A stretch of DNA of 56,702 bases from a virus (lineage: Duplodnaviria > Caudoviricetes), in the IMG/VR virus record IMGVR_UViG_3300035670_000255, positions 1 through 56,702 of that record; one strand, 5' to 3'. The position numbers and the translations under genes were made by a program. This document shows positions 56,148 through 56,702 of this stretch, piece by piece. Below the pieces are notes generated by a model. It ran no database searches and had not been told where the DNA came from. It saw nothing but the letters and a program-made list of their open reading frames with translations. Numbering within the stretch: the stretch's first letter is position 1; each line of letters begins with the position of its first letter.

Positions 56148-56702
56148 CTACAAGCTAGTCAATGCCGCCAAATCATCGTTCTCAAGGCGGGTCGGGAATA
56201 GTAGGGCTTGGTTGACAAGTTTTGAATTTTCAAAACTTCCCCTAATAAGTGACAAAGTAGAAGTCGCTGGAACTACCACGCTGCTGTCGCTGCCAATTAA
56301 AGAACCATTTACATAAAATACGGCATCGTTTGAAGCGTATGCCACAGCTGCTTTATATCGCTGCCCAATAGTCAAACTGCCAAAAGTAGCGTCAAACTGC
56401 AATATACTTGATGAATAAATACGAGTGTAAAAAACATCATTAAATTGTCCCATTGCAATAGCTTCGCTCGCCCAAGTTCCAATTATTAAATTAAAAGTGT
56501 CAACTGAAGCGTTACCCCTTCCATTGTACACAAAGTCTACAAAAATAGTCCCTTGCGTCTGCCCGATAAGCGAGCTAATGCCCGTTTTAGAAGCAGCATC
56601 CGCCACACGGGTAGCGCTCGTTCCCAATGTGGGGATGTACGAGGTGGCGTAGGCTCCGAATTCTGCTTGGAATCCGTACAAATAGCAGCCCTTACCAGTT
56701 CC
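56148..56702 (-). CDS. Head-spike/fibre-like protein, C-terminal part with LamG/concanavalin-like domain (enters from the window end)
   Basis: Frame is open back to 56702 (GTGKGCYLYGFQAEFGAYATSYIPT...TRVAD...GTIFVDF...YVNG...L..LTSL). Confidence 0.75.
   Translation of the reverse strand, partial: GTGKGCYLYGFQAEFGAYATSYIPTLGTSATRVADAASKTGISSLIGQTQGTIFVDFVYNGRGNASVDTFNLIIGTWASEAIAMGQFNDVFYTRIYSSSILQFDATFGSLTIGQRYKAAVAYASNDAVFYVNGSLIGSDSSVVVPATSTLSLIRGSFENSKLVNQALLFPTRLENDDLAALTSL

Noticed and set aside
1-56702. Stop-codon reassignment or diversity-generating retroelement
   Set aside because: Genes are intact and densely packed in code 11 with all three stops used; no suppressor tRNA, reverse transcriptase or TR/VR pair seen

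Overview
The window is an almost complete (~57 kb) genome of a tailed dsDNA phage, probably a podovirus. Its host is inferred to be Bacteroidota (Flavobacteriia-like) because TAnnTTTG promoter boxes precede most operons. The two window ends are the N- and C-terminal parts of what looks like one minus-strand head-spike/fibre gene; they do not join in frame, so the contig is probably broken inside it. The minus-strand arm (31.4-56.7 kb, continuing 1-11.6 kb) carries the late genes: scaffold, major capsid, tail tube/nozzle, a 3170-aa internal virion protein, portal, terminase, GroES-like chaperonin, M15 endolysin, spanin/holin candidates, small basic proteins and four free-standing endonucleases. 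The plus-strand arm (12.8-31.4 kb) carries early and replication genes: two amidoligases flanking a class II glutamine amidotransferase, a GH73 hydrolase, ERF, a PD-(D/E)XK exonuclease, MazG, SSB, tRNA-Arg(TCT), a primase-helicase, RusA, and a glycosyltransferase/DUF3431/UDP-galactopyranose mutase cassette. I recognised no integrase, DNA polymerase, RNA polymerase or ribonucleotide reductase. The best signals outside the ORF track are (1) a 34-aa micro-ORF resembling the free C-terminal redox tail of ribonucleotide reductase alpha, (2) a promoter-driven, possibly pseudoknotted ~200-nt ncRNA and (3) a phased array of ATAG-N7-CTAT (OxyR/LysR-like) boxes in the switch region between the arms. Family calls come from motif recognition, not database searches.
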